From Verrucomicrobiota bacterium (lineage in GTDB: Bacteria > Verrucomicrobiota > Verrucomicrobiia > Verrucomicrobiales > DEV007), in contig JASFYY010000030.1 of assembly GCA_045046875.1 (NCBI GenBank), positions 33,525-97,524 of the forward strand: a stretch of 64,000 nt of DNA, in the 5' to 3' direction. The notes beneath the pieces are model-generated. The model had not been told where the DNA came from. It searched no databases and worked only from the letters and a program-made list of their open reading frames with translations. Of the stretch, positions 17,484 to 27,881 are shown one piece after another; within the stretch, counting starts at the first letter, position 1; each line of letters starts with the position of its first letter. Both the position numbers and the translations under genes were made by a program.

Positions 17484-20400
17484 TTACACATCCAGTATTT
17501 CGCGCAGATCATCCGTATTCAAGCCTCTCATCATCGGACTGTTGTCGTCGATAGCTGCATCGAACACGTCACGCTTCTGCTGTTGCAGCTTGAGAATCTT
17601 TTCTTCCACCGTGTCGCGTGCGATGAATTTGTAACTGGTGACGATCTTGCTTTGACCAATCCGGTGCGCACGATCAGTGGCCTGGGCTTCCACTGCAGGA
17701 TTCCACCATGGATCAAAATGCATCACCGTGTCGGCTGCGGTCAGATTCAGCCCGTAACCGCCCGCTTTCAGGCTGATCAGGAAAACCTTCACATTTTCAT
17801 CAGTCTGAAATCTCTCCACCTGCGCTGCTCTGTCCTGACTGGATCCATCCAAATATGCGATTTCGCCGTCATAAAAATCCGCCTGCTCCAATTCTTCCCT
17901 GATCAACTTCAGCATGCTCACAAATTGGCTGAAAATCAGCATCCGGTGTCCACCAGCCAGCGCCTCCTGTAACATTTCACGCAAAAGCTGCAATTTGGCC
18001 GAATCCTCAGACTTTCGCGGTTTGATCGACGAAGTTTCCGAGCCTTGTGATGGATCTTTATCAGCAGATTTCAATAACCTCGAATCGCAGCAGATCTGAC
18101 GAAGCCTGAGCAATGCCGTGAGCATATTCATTCTTGCCGCGCGCTCATCACCACTCGAAAAAGCTTGGTTTATTTTATTACGTGATTCACGTAATATACC
18201 GGCATAAAGTTCTTTTTGTGTGCTGGTTAATTGACAATAAACAATCTCTTCCATCTTCTCTGGTAGATCGGTAGCCACCTTTTGTTTGGTGCGCCGCAGA
18301 ATCATAGGTTCGAGGCGCCTGCGGAAGCGTTGATGCAGCGGAACGGACGCTTTGCCAGAATTAATGGGCTTTTCGTAGAGCTCTTTGAACTCCTCACGCG
18401 AACCTAAATATCCCGGGCGGACAAAATCGCTGATCGACCAGATGTCGAGCACCGAGTTCTCCACCGGAGTGCCGGTCAGAGCCAATCTCGAATCTGCGTT
18501 CAGCTTCTTGGCACTGCGTGCATTGTGGGTACTTGGATTGCGAATGTAACTGGCTTCATCAAGCACCACCAAACGGAAATACTGTTGTTGGTATTGTTCG
18601 ATATCACGGATCAATAGCGCGTAGCTGGTGATGACCACATCGGCAAAACGCATGTTTTTAAAATGACCGCCGCGCTTGGGTCCGCGCATCAGCAAACAAC
18701 TGTATTCCGGAGTGAACTTTTCAATCTCCTGATCCCAGTTGTCGATCAGCGACGTAGGGCAAACAACCAGCATAGGGCCTGATACTTTTTTGCCCCGTGC
18801 CTCCGTCTGCGCTTTCAGCAGCCTGGAAGTCGCCAAGGTTTGCAAGGTTTTGCCCAAGCCCATTTCGTCAGCTAGAATGGCCCCGCCGCCGTGCTCCGGC
18901 AGCAGTTTGTGATACAGCCAGGCGATGCCGTCACGTTGATACGGTCTCAAAATATCGTTCAACTCCGCCAAAGTCTGACAGAACTGATCATCGTCTGTTT
19001 GCAGTTTTAATTCCTGCTCGGCAGATTGGCTGTTTTGGTAACAGGCGATACTGGATTCGATGTAATCCCGCTGCTGCGTTGCTATCCGGAAACGGCCGTC
19101 CTGCTGAGTCAGGTCACAATCCCTCAATACTTCCAGCCAGTCTTCGCAAGCATCTCTATCGAGTACCGCGAGCGTTCCGTCACCGCTTTTCCGGATCTGG
19201 TTCTGCCCGGTCGCTAGAAATCGTCTGATTTCATGCTCACTGATGGATGAATGACCTTGCGCGCCCTCCATTTCGAATTCACAGCTGAACCAATCCTGCC
19301 CCTGGGAGCTGGCCTCGAAAGTCACGCTTGGTCGAATCGCTCGAACGTGTGAGGTTGCCGCGCCGTATTTAGCGCCAGCCTTCACCAGCCTCCATTTTTT
19401 CCGCAGGCGAGGAACCACGCTGACATGAAAATGCAGCACTTCATTCTGCCCGCGCAGATGCAAGCAGCCTTGCTGGTCAACCGAAGAGAATCCACTCGCA
19501 GTCAGTTCCCGCAGCGCCGTCATCTCGGCTTGCAGGTTACGGGTGAAATAGCGTGTGCGCCCCCCCGTGGAGCTGTCGGAGGTTTGACCCACATAAGGGA
19601 AATGAGATTCATTGGCATCCTCTGAATCACGCCCCAGTATCAGTTCATAATCTGCGTAAAAAACATGGATACTCGCCGTCACATGAATGAGCGAGCCATC
19701 TATGTGCAGCTCGAATGCCGGCCGGCCCGGAGCAAGCGACGGGGGCTGAAAACCTACTGCCGTTTCAATCTCAAAAACATCCGACCATTCTTCTATGACA
19801 GTAGCCAACCAAGCTTCATCAAAATTCTGCCCCTGTTCTCCTGCCGCCAGTAGCTCTAGCGCGGTTGCCCTGGAAGACGAATTTTCCGGCCATCTCACTG
19901 GCCACAGCTGTTGACGCTGATCATTATAAACCCAGGGGCTATCGTCACCATCCTCGTTTTTCAATAAAACCTGATTGCCATCGCTAAAACCTGACAATTG
20001 CAGCTTAACCTTTGCTTGATCTTGTCCGCTTAGATGGATTTTCAAGCGAATCGCCTGCTCATTGATAGATAAAGGCTGTTCTTTTTTATCAACTGAGAAA
20101 CAAGGATAGGTGGCGCAAAGCCTGAGCAACTCACCGCCTTGCTTACGGTTCAAAATCAAAAAAGGAGGCAACGCTTTTTGAGCGGACGGCCCTAATGAAT
20201 GCAGCCATTGTCGAATTTGGTTGGATTGCTCAAGCACCCGTTCTTCAACAGGATTGTCCGGCGCACGCACAGCGAGGCGAATCGGAAATTTATCTTTTTC
20301 CCATAATCGCGTAAAAACAGACTCTAATTTTATTATTATAAGCTGTTCAGAGGTAATTTTATCGGCAGGTTTAAATCCTTCACCGATTAACACCTTCGCA

Positions 20401-20717
20401 TCTTTACCCTCTTTCAACTCACTCTGCAATTCATCGGCAGCGAGCGCAACCGCAACGGAATGGGCGCAAATCAGCCCGTCGCGCAGTGATTCCCGGCAGC
20501 GGCACAGGTTATCCACCTCGGTCGACGAATGAATGTTAAGTCCGGCAATTTGAACTTTACGCCCTATCTTCACCTTCCCTTTTACCAAGGTTCCCCGGAT
20601 ATTTGCATCAGACACCCCTCCTCCGGCATAAATGAGCCCCCCATCCTTTACCGCCTTCCATCCAGCCGTCTCCATTAGCCAAGATTTACTTAGGTCCATA
20701 AATAGAATTGCAATCAA
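17484..20717 (-). CDS. SNF2-family helicase with an N-terminal SWIM zinc finger
   Basis: CxC...CAH SWIM motif, LADEMGLGKT, DEAS, LTGTP, QATDRAHRIGQ. Confidence 0.93.
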   Translation of the reverse strand: MIAILFMDLSKSWLMETAGWKAVKDGGLIYAGGGVSDANIRGTLVKGKVKIGRKVQIAGLNIHSSTEVDNLCRCRESLRDGLICAHSVAVALAADELQSELKEGKDAKVLIGEGFKPADKITSEQLIIIKLESVFTRLWEKDKFPIRLAVRAPDNPVEERVLEQSNQIRQWLHSLGPSAQKALPPFLILNRKQGGELLRLCATYPCFSVDKKEQPLSINEQAIRLKIHLSGQDQAKVKLQLSGFSDGNQVLLKNEDGDDSPWVYNDQRQQLWPVRWPENSSSRATALELLAAGEQGQNFDEAWLATVIEEWSDVFEIETAVGFQPPSLAPGRPAFELHIDGSLIHVTASIHVFYADYELILGRDSEDANESHFPYVGQTSDSSTGGRTRYFTRNLQAEMTALRELTASGFSSVDQQGCLHLRGQNEVLHFHVSVVPRLRKKWRLVKAGAKYGAATSHVRAIRPSVTFEASSQGQDWFSCEFEMEGAQGHSSISEHEIRRFLATGQNQIRKSGDGTLAVLDRDACEDWLEVLRDCDLTQQDGRFRIATQQRDYIESSIACYQNSQSAEQELKLQTDDDQFCQTLAELNDILRPYQRDGIAWLYHKLLPEHGGGAILADEMGLGKTLQTLATSRLLKAQTEARGKKVSGPMLVVCPTSLIDNWDQEIEKFTPEYSCLLMRGPKRGGHFKNMRFADVVITSYALLIRDIEQYQQQYFRLVVLDEASYIRNPSTHNARSAKKLNADSRLALTGTPVENSVLDIWSISDFVRPGYLGSREEFKELYEKPINSGKASVPLHQRFRRRLEPMILRRTKQKVATDLPEKMEEIVYCQLTSTQKELYAGILRESRNKINQAFSSGDERAARMNMLTALLRLRQICCDSRLLKSADKDPSQGSETSSIKPRKSEDSAKLQLLREMLQEALAGGHRMLIFSQFVSMLKLIREELEQADFYDGEIAYLDGSSQDRAAQVERFQTDENVKVFLISLKAGGYGLNLTAADTVMHFDPWWNPAVEAQATDRAHRIGQSKIVTSYKFIARDTVEEKILKLQQQKRDVFDAAIDDNSPMMRGLNTDDLREILDV

Positions 20718-20940
20718 TGTTCAGTTCTTGCGAATATCTCAATTTAGAGCTTCGCCAATGACTCTTAAACGGCCAATCTCGCCTTTGCGTCAAAAAACTG
20801 CAAAGTTTCTCACTAATCGCTTGAAGTCTTACGTAATTCTAATTAGTTAATAGATTCGAACAAAATCACCACTGTTATTTTTTGCTGTTATTAATTCAGG
20901 CAAAAGCACTGGTGGCAACCATAAATCTGAAACTCGCATA

Positions 20941-22113
20941 ATGACATCTTTGAGCCCACATTCTTCGCGTGCCCGCTATGTGATCGCGCTGGCGACAACA
21001 GCCCTGTTATTGATGGGGAATCCCGGTTCCGCAGATGCTATTTGGGGCTTTGGTAAAAAGAAAAAGTCTGCCAAGGTGCCTTCTGCAGGTGAACTAGCCA
21101 GCCAGGATGCCATTGCCAATCAGCTTTATGCTGAGGCTCAAGCTTCTTCCAGTAACGGAAAGGCGAGCAAAATTTACAAAAGCATTGTGAAAAAATACCC
21201 GCTGACGGCGGCGGCGGCAGAGAGCCAGTTTAAACTTGGTGTCTTGCGGGAGGAAGATAACAAACCCAAAAAAGCTTTCGAAGAATACCAGAAATTTATC
21301 GATTCCTACAAAGACAACGCCCATTTTAAAGAGGCCATCCAAAGGCAATACCACATCGCCACCTATTACCTTGAAAACCAAAAAAACGGATTCCTTGGTT
21401 TCGGCACTAATATCCAGCCTAGCAATTTGATCGAATTTTTCATTCAAATCAGCAGTAATGCCCCTTACAGCGAAGAAGCGCCCAAGTCTCTTTTTAATGT
21501 TGGCCAAGTTAATGCACGGTCAGGCAAAATAGAAGAAGCGCTGCTTTCTTATGCCGTGGTGGTTGAAAGATACCCCGGCACCCCCATTGCCGCAGAGTCT
21601 CAATATGAAATTGTGCAACTTCTGGGCAAAACCAGTGATAAATCCTATAACCCTGCAAATTCCCGTCAGCACCGTGAGGCTGCGGAGGATTTCCTCAATC
21701 AATACGGGGGCAACGCGCTGGCTTCGGATGTGAAAGCAGAGTTAGGCAAACTCGAAGACCGGGACCTTGAAAAAGCCTTTAATATTGGTCGTTTTTATGA
21801 AAAACAAGGAACCTTGCGCTCTGCGGCCGTTTATTACCGCGAAGTATTGGCGCATCCGGGTGGCAAGTATTACGCCGATGCAAAAGCACGCCTTTCCCGC
21901 CTGGAAGAGCTTGACCCGACCTTGGTGCGTAGCACAGGAACCCCACGCCGGGTCGAAACCCCGCCCGACCTGAATAAACGAAAAGATTACCTCGGCCCCC
22001 CGCCACCGAAACTGGACGCATCCACACCCCGCATGAGAACTTCTCCAGCGGATGTGACTCCTATTTCCCCCACGACCGCTCCGCTTAAACCTGCCGCAAA
22101 AACAGACAACTAA
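20941..22113 (+). CDS. BamD-like TPR outer-membrane assembly protein
   Basis: Signal peptide, TPR repeats, IGRFYEK...SAAVYY motif; upstream of lptE. Confidence 0.75.
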   Translation: MTSLSPHSSRARYVIALATTALLLMGNPGSADAIWGFGKKKKSAKVPSAGELASQDAIANQLYAEAQASSSNGKASKIYKSIVKKYPLTAAAAESQFKLGVLREEDNKPKKAFEEYQKFIDSYKDNAHFKEAIQRQYHIATYYLENQKNGFLGFGTNIQPSNLIEFFIQISSNAPYSEEAPKSLFNVGQVNARSGKIEEALLSYAVVVERYPGTPIAAESQYEIVQLLGKTSDKSYNPANSRQHREAAEDFLNQYGGNALASDVKAELGKLEDRDLEKAFNIGRFYEKQGTLRSAAVYYREVLAHPGGKYYADAKARLSRLEELDPTLVRSTGTPRRVETPPDLNKRKDYLGPPPPKLDASTPRMRTSPADVTPISPTTAPLKPAAKTDN

Positions 22114-22345
22114 AGCTTGTTTCCATCTTATAAAGGCGAAACCTCTTCGAAATAGGACCTGAAAATACGGAATGACGACCATTGCCCGCTTCAATATAAA
22201 TGCTGTTCCTGCACAGCCTGAGCTTGATTTTTCATAAGCTTTCGGTTACAAACGGTCGACACCAAGGCAAAAACACCACCCGGTGCTAGAGTCTCACAAG
22301 CTGACAAATATAACTTTCCAACTTTATTTCCCAAAATACATAACT

Positions 22346-22933
22346 ATGAAAACGGTATCCCGTATCTGTTTGTTGGCATTCCTGACCACTGCCGCCATTT
22401 TTTCGAATGGTTGTGCCGGTTACAAATTAGGTTCTGTCAAACCTTCGATCTATAACAGCATCGACAAAATTTATGTTCCCACTTTCGAGAACGCTACGCT
22501 CGAGCCCCGGATCGCTGTCTTGACCACCAACGCGGTCATTAAAAGTTTGCAAGCAGACGGGACCTATCAAATCACCGATCAAAGTAATTCGGATGCGGTT
22601 TTGCGAGGTAAAATCACCCGGATTGAAAGACGTCAGTTGAGAGCTACCAGAAGAGATACCTTGAGAACCCGCGAGATGCTGATTTTCATGATCGTCGAAT
22701 GGTCACTACATGATCCTGTCACTGGCAACAAACTCGACTACCGCGAAAACAGAAGCATTGATGAAGCCAATAGGGACTCTTCCACTAGCTTGAGAATCCG
22801 TCCTGGCCGGGTGATCGGACAGACCCAGATCTTTCTCGACGAAAACTTCCAGTTAACCGAGCGTAATGCCTTGCCACTGGCCGCACAAGACGCAGCCAAG
22901 GTATTGACCGGACAATTGACCGAAGGTTGGTAA
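22346..22933 (+). CDS. lptE: LPS assembly lipoprotein LptE
   Basis: Lipobox NGCAGYKLG, IYVPTFEN, C-terminal EGW. Confidence 0.75.
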   Translation: MKTVSRICLLAFLTTAAIFSNGCAGYKLGSVKPSIYNSIDKIYVPTFENATLEPRIAVLTTNAVIKSLQADGTYQITDQSNSDAVLRGKITRIERRQLRATRRDTLRTREMLIFMIVEWSLHDPVTGNKLDYRENRSIDEANRDSSTSLRIRPGRVIGQTQIFLDENFQLTERNALPLAAQDAAKVLTGQLTEGW

Positions 22934-23086
22934 AAACCCTCCCTTCTATATCTTGTCGCTGTGAGGCCACAAGGAATTAACAGGCATTTCCCTGAGACGA
23001 TCTATAATTTGGATCGTGCTATCTCATTGTAGGACAAATTTCCATGTTTGTCCGTGTAGTTCCCGCCACCCGTCAACACCCTTCAA

Positions 23087-23833
23087 ATGACTACAGAAGA
23101 TAACCATCAGGGGCGCATCATTTTCATAGCTACTCCGATTGGCAATCTTGGTGATATCACCCTACGCAGCATCGAGGCGCTCAAAGAGGCCGATCTCATC
23201 GCTTGCGAAGATACCCGCAGGTCGTCTAAACTGCTCAACCGTTTGGAAATCAAAAAACCGCTGATCAGTTTTCATGAACACAACGAGAGGCATCGCGGCC
23301 AACACTTGCTCGACGAAGTGAAAGCCGGTAAAATAATCGCCTGCCTGACCGATGCCGGCATGCCTGGCATTTCCGATCCTGGTTACCGTTTGGTTCAGGA
23401 CTGCCTTGCAGATACAGTTCCCTTTGAGATTCTGCCCGGCCCCTCTGCGGTATTAATGGCTTTGTTAGGCTCCGGCCTGCCTACGGATTCATTTTATTTT
23501 GGTGGTTTTCTGCCTCACAAAAAAGGAAAGCGTAAAAGCGAGCTGGAAGAAGCCATCCAGCGTGACTGCACTTCGGTGTATTTTGAATCTCCCCATCGCA
23601 TCATTGCCAGCCTGGAAATATTAAAGGATTTTGCCCCGCAGCATCCCCTGTGCGTGGCCCGGGAATTGACAAAAAAATTTGAAAGCTGGTATCGCGGCAC
23701 AGTTACTGAAGTGATTCCCACGCTCGGCACGGGTAAAGTCAAAGGCGAGATCACCTTGCTGATCGGCGGCAAACAAAAAACGAAAAAAGCAAAAGGTGGC
23801 AGAAACTTAACGCCCGCTTCAATTGAACCTTGA
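23087..23833 (+). CDS. rsmI: 16S rRNA (cytidine1402-2'-O)-methyltransferase
   Basis: ATPIGNLGDIT, CEDTR, DAGMPGISDPG, RELTK. Confidence 0.95.
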   Translation: MTTEDNHQGRIIFIATPIGNLGDITLRSIEALKEADLIACEDTRRSSKLLNRLEIKKPLISFHEHNERHRGQHLLDEVKAGKIIACLTDAGMPGISDPGYRLVQDCLADTVPFEILPGPSAVLMALLGSGLPTDSFYFGGFLPHKKGKRKSELEEAIQRDCTSVYFESPHRIIASLEILKDFAPQHPLCVARELTKKFESWYRGTVTEVIPTLGTGKVKGEITLLIGGKQKTKKAKGGRNLTPASIEP

Positions 23834-23895
23834 CCGGGCCTTTGTTAATAATCTTAACCGACCTCCCGCGCTCTATCATTTAAACTTGCCGCATT

Positions 23896-24822
23896 ATGTT
23901 GTCACTATCCACTCACTGGAACAGTCACCGCCATGATGAAGATGGCATGCACATGGTTTACGAGGCGATCTTGCTAGGTTTTAATAACATTGCCTTTGAT
24001 CAATCATTATCGCCAGCCCTCATGCCTGGTTTTGAAAAAGCATTCAAACAAAATGTGGAGGCCAAAAAACCCTTTATCAACTTTTCAAACCTGTATAATT
24101 ATGGGGACCCTATAGATGCAACAGCGGAGTCTGAATGTTACAGCTTCACTTCTCCAAAAAAGGAGCTACGTCGTCAGGCGATTGATTCGAGCAAAAAATC
24201 CATCGACCGCGCTGCTGATTTTGGTGGTATCGATCTGGTAATGAGACTCGGTCACGCTGCGATGAAAAACTACAGTGACAAATTGATCGAACTGCTTTCT
24301 TCAGGCGAACTCTACAGCAAATCTTACGCCGCGCTGAAATTGGAAATGGTGCAGGCAAGGGAACAACCAGACAGCACCCAGCTTGATGCGGTGAGAGCCG
24401 CATTGGATGAGCTGTTGCCCTACGCGCAAGAAAAAAGTGTGCGACTCGCTTTGGAGAGCGGCTCCCGCTATGAACAAATTCCCAATGAACGGGAAATGGA
24501 CACCCTTCTGAGCGAATACGACAGCCCCGGGCTGGTCTACTGGCACGACTTGGGTCACATCCAGCTCAAAGCAAATATGGGCTTGCTCAACCCCCAGCAA
24601 TATCTGGAAAAAATGCTGCCTCGACTGGCCGGTTGCAATCTCCATGATGTGGTCTGGCCAGTAGAAGATCAGTCAATTCCTTTTCAAGGAACGATTGACT
24701 TTGACCAGCTAATCCCTCTAGTGCCAAAAAATATCCCCATGGTATGGATGATGAACCCACGCCGCAAATCCAACGATATCAAAGAAGCACTCGCAACCTG
24801 GAAAGAAAAATACGGTGATTAA
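23896..24822 (+). CDS. Sugar phosphate isomerase/epimerase-family TIM barrel protein
   Basis: LALE, WHDLGH, LHD, GTIDF. Confidence 0.7.
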   Translation: MLSLSTHWNSHRHDEDGMHMVYEAILLGFNNIAFDQSLSPALMPGFEKAFKQNVEAKKPFINFSNLYNYGDPIDATAESECYSFTSPKKELRRQAIDSSKKSIDRAADFGGIDLVMRLGHAAMKNYSDKLIELLSSGELYSKSYAALKLEMVQAREQPDSTQLDAVRAALDELLPYAQEKSVRLALESGSRYEQIPNEREMDTLLSEYDSPGLVYWHDLGHIQLKANMGLLNPQQYLEKMLPRLAGCNLHDVVWPVEDQSIPFQGTIDFDQLIPLVPKNIPMVWMMNPRRKSNDIKEALATWKEKYGD

Positions 24823-25345
24823 AAGAAGCAAACAGGCCATCAACTTTGTCAAAGAGAACGACAAAAAAACAGTCGTGAAACATGTGTTATCCCACGACGC
24901 GCACCCGCTCATCCAGTTTGGCAAATACGGATTCTGCGGTGCATTGGCAGTGATGATTCACCTGTCTGTGGTTTACGCTTTGGGGCTGACGATTTTTCCT
25001 GCCATTGGCGAAAATCTACCGATTGAGCTTAAACAGCACAATGGTACGCTTAATAACATCATTGCCTTTTTCATATCAGGCAGCGTGGTTTACTGGTTAA
25101 ATATCAAATTTGTTTTCAAGTCAGGGCGTCACAGCGCTCTTGTTGAAATCATTTTGTTTTTTGCCGTATCAGCAATTCCCTTGGCGGCAGCCTCCGGCGT
25201 GAATTGGCTGATTTATCACAACTCTGAAATGTTAAGTGAGTTCCACATGCAAAAACACGTCGAACACATCGCCAATTTTGGCTTCATCTTAACTTCGGCC
25301 CTTGTGAACTTTGTCGCCCGCAAGTTCATCATCTTCAAAGGCTGA
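24815..25345 (+). CDS. GtrA family membrane protein
   Basis: QFGKYG N-terminus, KFVF, C-terminal NFVARKFIIF. Confidence 0.8.
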   Translation: MIKRSKQAINFVKENDKKTVVKHVLSHDAHPLIQFGKYGFCGALAVMIHLSVVYALGLTIFPAIGENLPIELKQHNGTLNNIIAFFISGSVVYWLNIKFVFKSGRHSALVEIILFFAVSAIPLAAASGVNWLIYHNSEMLSEFHMQKHVEHIANFGFILTSALVNFVARKFIIFKG

Positions 25346-25366
25346 CCCCCTAGTCAGCATAGGTTT

Positions 25367-25443
25367 GTAGGGCGAGCGCTCCGCTTGCCCAGTAGTAAAA
25401 ACCAGACTTCATCAGACAAAAACGTGCCGATCCCCCACCCTAC
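25367..25443. repeat. GTAG-type REP-like element
   Basis: GTAGGGCGAGCGCTCCGCTTGCCC palindrome and a distal CCCTAC, between convergent genes. Confidence 0.55.
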
Positions 25444-26216
25444 CACGGAGGAAGAGGGCCGGTGCCGCCATCCAGCACGATGATTGTGCCATTGATGTAG
25501 GAAGCCGCATCGCTCATCAAAAAAGCCGCGGTTTGCGCGATATCTTCAGGTTGACCCAGTCGTCGTGCCGGGATTTTTTTTGCCACTTCATCATAAAGTT
25601 CCTCAATCGGGCGATCCCATCCGTCACAGGTTGCTGCCAACATCGGGGTTTCAATAGTTCCGGGAGAAATCCCCACCGAACGGATTTTACCCGGATGGTC
25701 CACCGCCAGAGAACGCACCAAAGCCTCAAGAGCAGCTTTTGACGCGCAGTAGAGAGCATGGGCAGGAAATGCAATTTGCGCCGCCACTGAAGTGGTGGTG
25801 AGAAAAACCCCTCCCCTTTCATTTTTTTCCATAACTGGAATACTGTGCTTTGCCAGCCACAGCGCCCCTTTCACGTTCACTCCCATCACCTTGTTCCAGA
25901 TGCGGTCATCAAAATCAGTCACCAGGCCCTTAGCCCAAACTCCGGCATTACAGAACACCCCGTCGATGCGACCATAGGTCTCGACGGTCTCTGCGATCAT
26001 TCGCTTGACGCTTTCCTCATCAGAGACATCGGCATAGATAAACTTGCCCTTTTTCCCACTCTGCTTGATTTTTTCTTCCAAGGCAACGCCCTCTACCCGC
26101 TGGATTGAAGCGGCAACTACACTCGCTCCCAATTCGGCAAAATGCAGACTGCTGGCGGCTCCCATGCCCGAAGTCCCTCCGGTCACGATGATAACTTTAT
26201 CTTTTAATTCACTCAT
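25440..26216 (-). CDS. SDR oxidoreductase
   Basis: TGGTSGMG, NAG, YCASK. Confidence 0.9.
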   Translation of the reverse strand: MSELKDKVIIVTGGTSGMGAASSLHFAELGASVVAASIQRVEGVALEEKIKQSGKKGKFIYADVSDEESVKRMIAETVETYGRIDGVFCNAGVWAKGLVTDFDDRIWNKVMGVNVKGALWLAKHSIPVMEKNERGGVFLTTTSVAAQIAFPAHALYCASKAALEALVRSLAVDHPGKIRSVGISPGTIETPMLAATCDGWDRPIEELYDEVAKKIPARRLGQPEDIAQTAAFLMSDAASYINGTIIVLDGGTGPLPPW

Positions 26217-26284
26217 AAATTTTTATTAGAAAAATGACAGACGTTTCCTCCGCAGAAAATGATAATTTAATCCAAGCGGCATGC

Positions 26285-26629
26285 TTAATCGAGGTCGCTG
26301 AACTCACTGGCTCCTTCACGGAACTGCATATACTCGAACACCGCGCCGTCTTTCATAAAAAAAGCAACCTGCAAGCCTTCCATCGGAGTGAAAGGCTCGA
26401 GAATCACGTCCTCTCCTTCCAAGGCCGCGTGAATGTCATCCACCCGGAATCCCACATGCGGCATATCACGCAAAGGGCCGGTCACCGGTGAATCCTTCTC
26501 AAAGCGTAAATATTCAACCCGCATAGGATGATTCTCCGGCCGGGTGACCCACACCTTGGTATCAGCGACATAAGTTTCGCCTGGTTGAACCTCGTCTGTG
26601 GGCATTCCTATATGGTGAAAAATTTTCAT
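26285..26629 (-). CDS. VOC/glyoxalase-like protein
   Basis: FHHIG...HVGFRVDD...E pattern. Confidence 0.7.
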   Translation of the reverse strand: MKIFHHIGMPTDEVQPGETYVADTKVWVTRPENHPMRVEYLRFEKDSPVTGPLRDMPHVGFRVDDIHAALEGEDVILEPFTPMEGLQVAFFMKDGAVFEYMQFREGASEFSDLD

Positions 26630-26691
26630 GGTGACAAATGCCTACACCCTTCTTTTCCCGCTGTCATCTATTGGAAGCTGATAAGCGCCAT

Positions 26692-27807
26692 TTATAAATG
26701 TTTGGCAAAGCTCTGACGAGTTCGCTGCCACATTTCAGGCGAGAGCACATGACCCGCTCCTGGCTCTATATAGTGCGTAAACTGATCCGGCACCCCTACT
26801 CGTTGATAGGCCGCGGCAATTCGGCTCACTCCCTTTTTAGCTTCTTCGATCGGACTGCCTCCATCCAACTCTCCTAAATTCAAATGCAGCGCCCGAGGTG
26901 CGATCAACGATGCGATCTCCGGGGTATCACCATACTGCAACCAACCGGGGACAAAATTGGGAAAACAGTGCAGCAGTTCGTGTTTGCGAATCGCTTCATA
27001 GGTCGGCAGACAGCAATTTCCAACCACACACTTGATGCGCGGTTCCCATGGACCCACCAACCAGGCATGGGTTGATCCCATCGAGTGACCATAACAGCCG
27101 ATGCGTTGATCATCGACTTCGGCGCGGCTGCAGAGGTAGTCGATCGCCCGGCGCATATCGAGAATACTTTTCCATGCCAGGGATTGTCCCTTGAGCACAT
27201 ATTCGAGAAACATGAAACGTTCGTAGTTGCCTTTTTTCAACTTTCCACCTGGATCCTGGCGTTCCTCGAAACACAAAGCATCAGGACACAAAACCACATA
27301 ACCCTCTTTGACCAAAGCCACTCCGGTATGATGCATCGGATTGCCTTCGAGGCCCGCCGGTTCGCTTTTGCCCAGATGATACTGACCCGCATGCTGGTGC
27401 CACACCGCAACAGCCGGTGCCGGGTGCTTCGCATCCACTCCGTCGGGGATCAAGAGCATCGCGGGCACAGCGTCCCCCGCTTCGACTTCGTAGGTCAGGG
27501 ATTCAATTCGATAACCATCCTTTTGAATGGTTTTTCTTAATTGGGGTTTCAAATCACCCGGCTGCGGCCAGGCACCTCCCAAACATTCCCCCAATGCTTT
27601 TAACATTTGCTCAGGTTTCATTTTATCAATAAGGGGTTCCCCCCTTGGCTCGGATGGCTCGGATGGCTCGGCAGCATTGGTTGACGAAGTCTGAAAAACC
27701 AGATTGCCTGCGCACAAAGAGGCCGCTCCCTTGAGCGTAGTAGACTTCAAAAACTGACGCCGATCAACAGCGTCAGAAGTGGAATTGCAGTCGTTCTGCT
27801 TCGGCAT
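26692..27807 (-). CDS. Tat-exported alpha/beta hydrolase (dienelactone hydrolase-like)
   Basis: RRQFLK Tat motif, GHSMG nucleophile elbow, C-terminal GH. Confidence 0.85.
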   Translation of the reverse strand: MPKQNDCNSTSDAVDRRQFLKSTTLKGAASLCAGNLVFQTSSTNAAEPSEPSEPRGEPLIDKMKPEQMLKALGECLGGAWPQPGDLKPQLRKTIQKDGYRIESLTYEVEAGDAVPAMLLIPDGVDAKHPAPAVAVWHQHAGQYHLGKSEPAGLEGNPMHHTGVALVKEGYVVLCPDALCFEERQDPGGKLKKGNYERFMFLEYVLKGQSLAWKSILDMRRAIDYLCSRAEVDDQRIGCYGHSMGSTHAWLVGPWEPRIKCVVGNCCLPTYEAIRKHELLHCFPNFVPGWLQYGDTPEIASLIAPRALHLNLGELDGGSPIEEAKKGVSRIAAAYQRVGVPDQFTHYIEPGAGHVLSPEMWQRTRQSFAKHL

Positions 27808-27881
27808 GAATCAGCATTTGAAAGAATTGTCAAACAATAGGCGTTTCACAACATAAGAGAAAGGGGCGAGATCACATCCCC

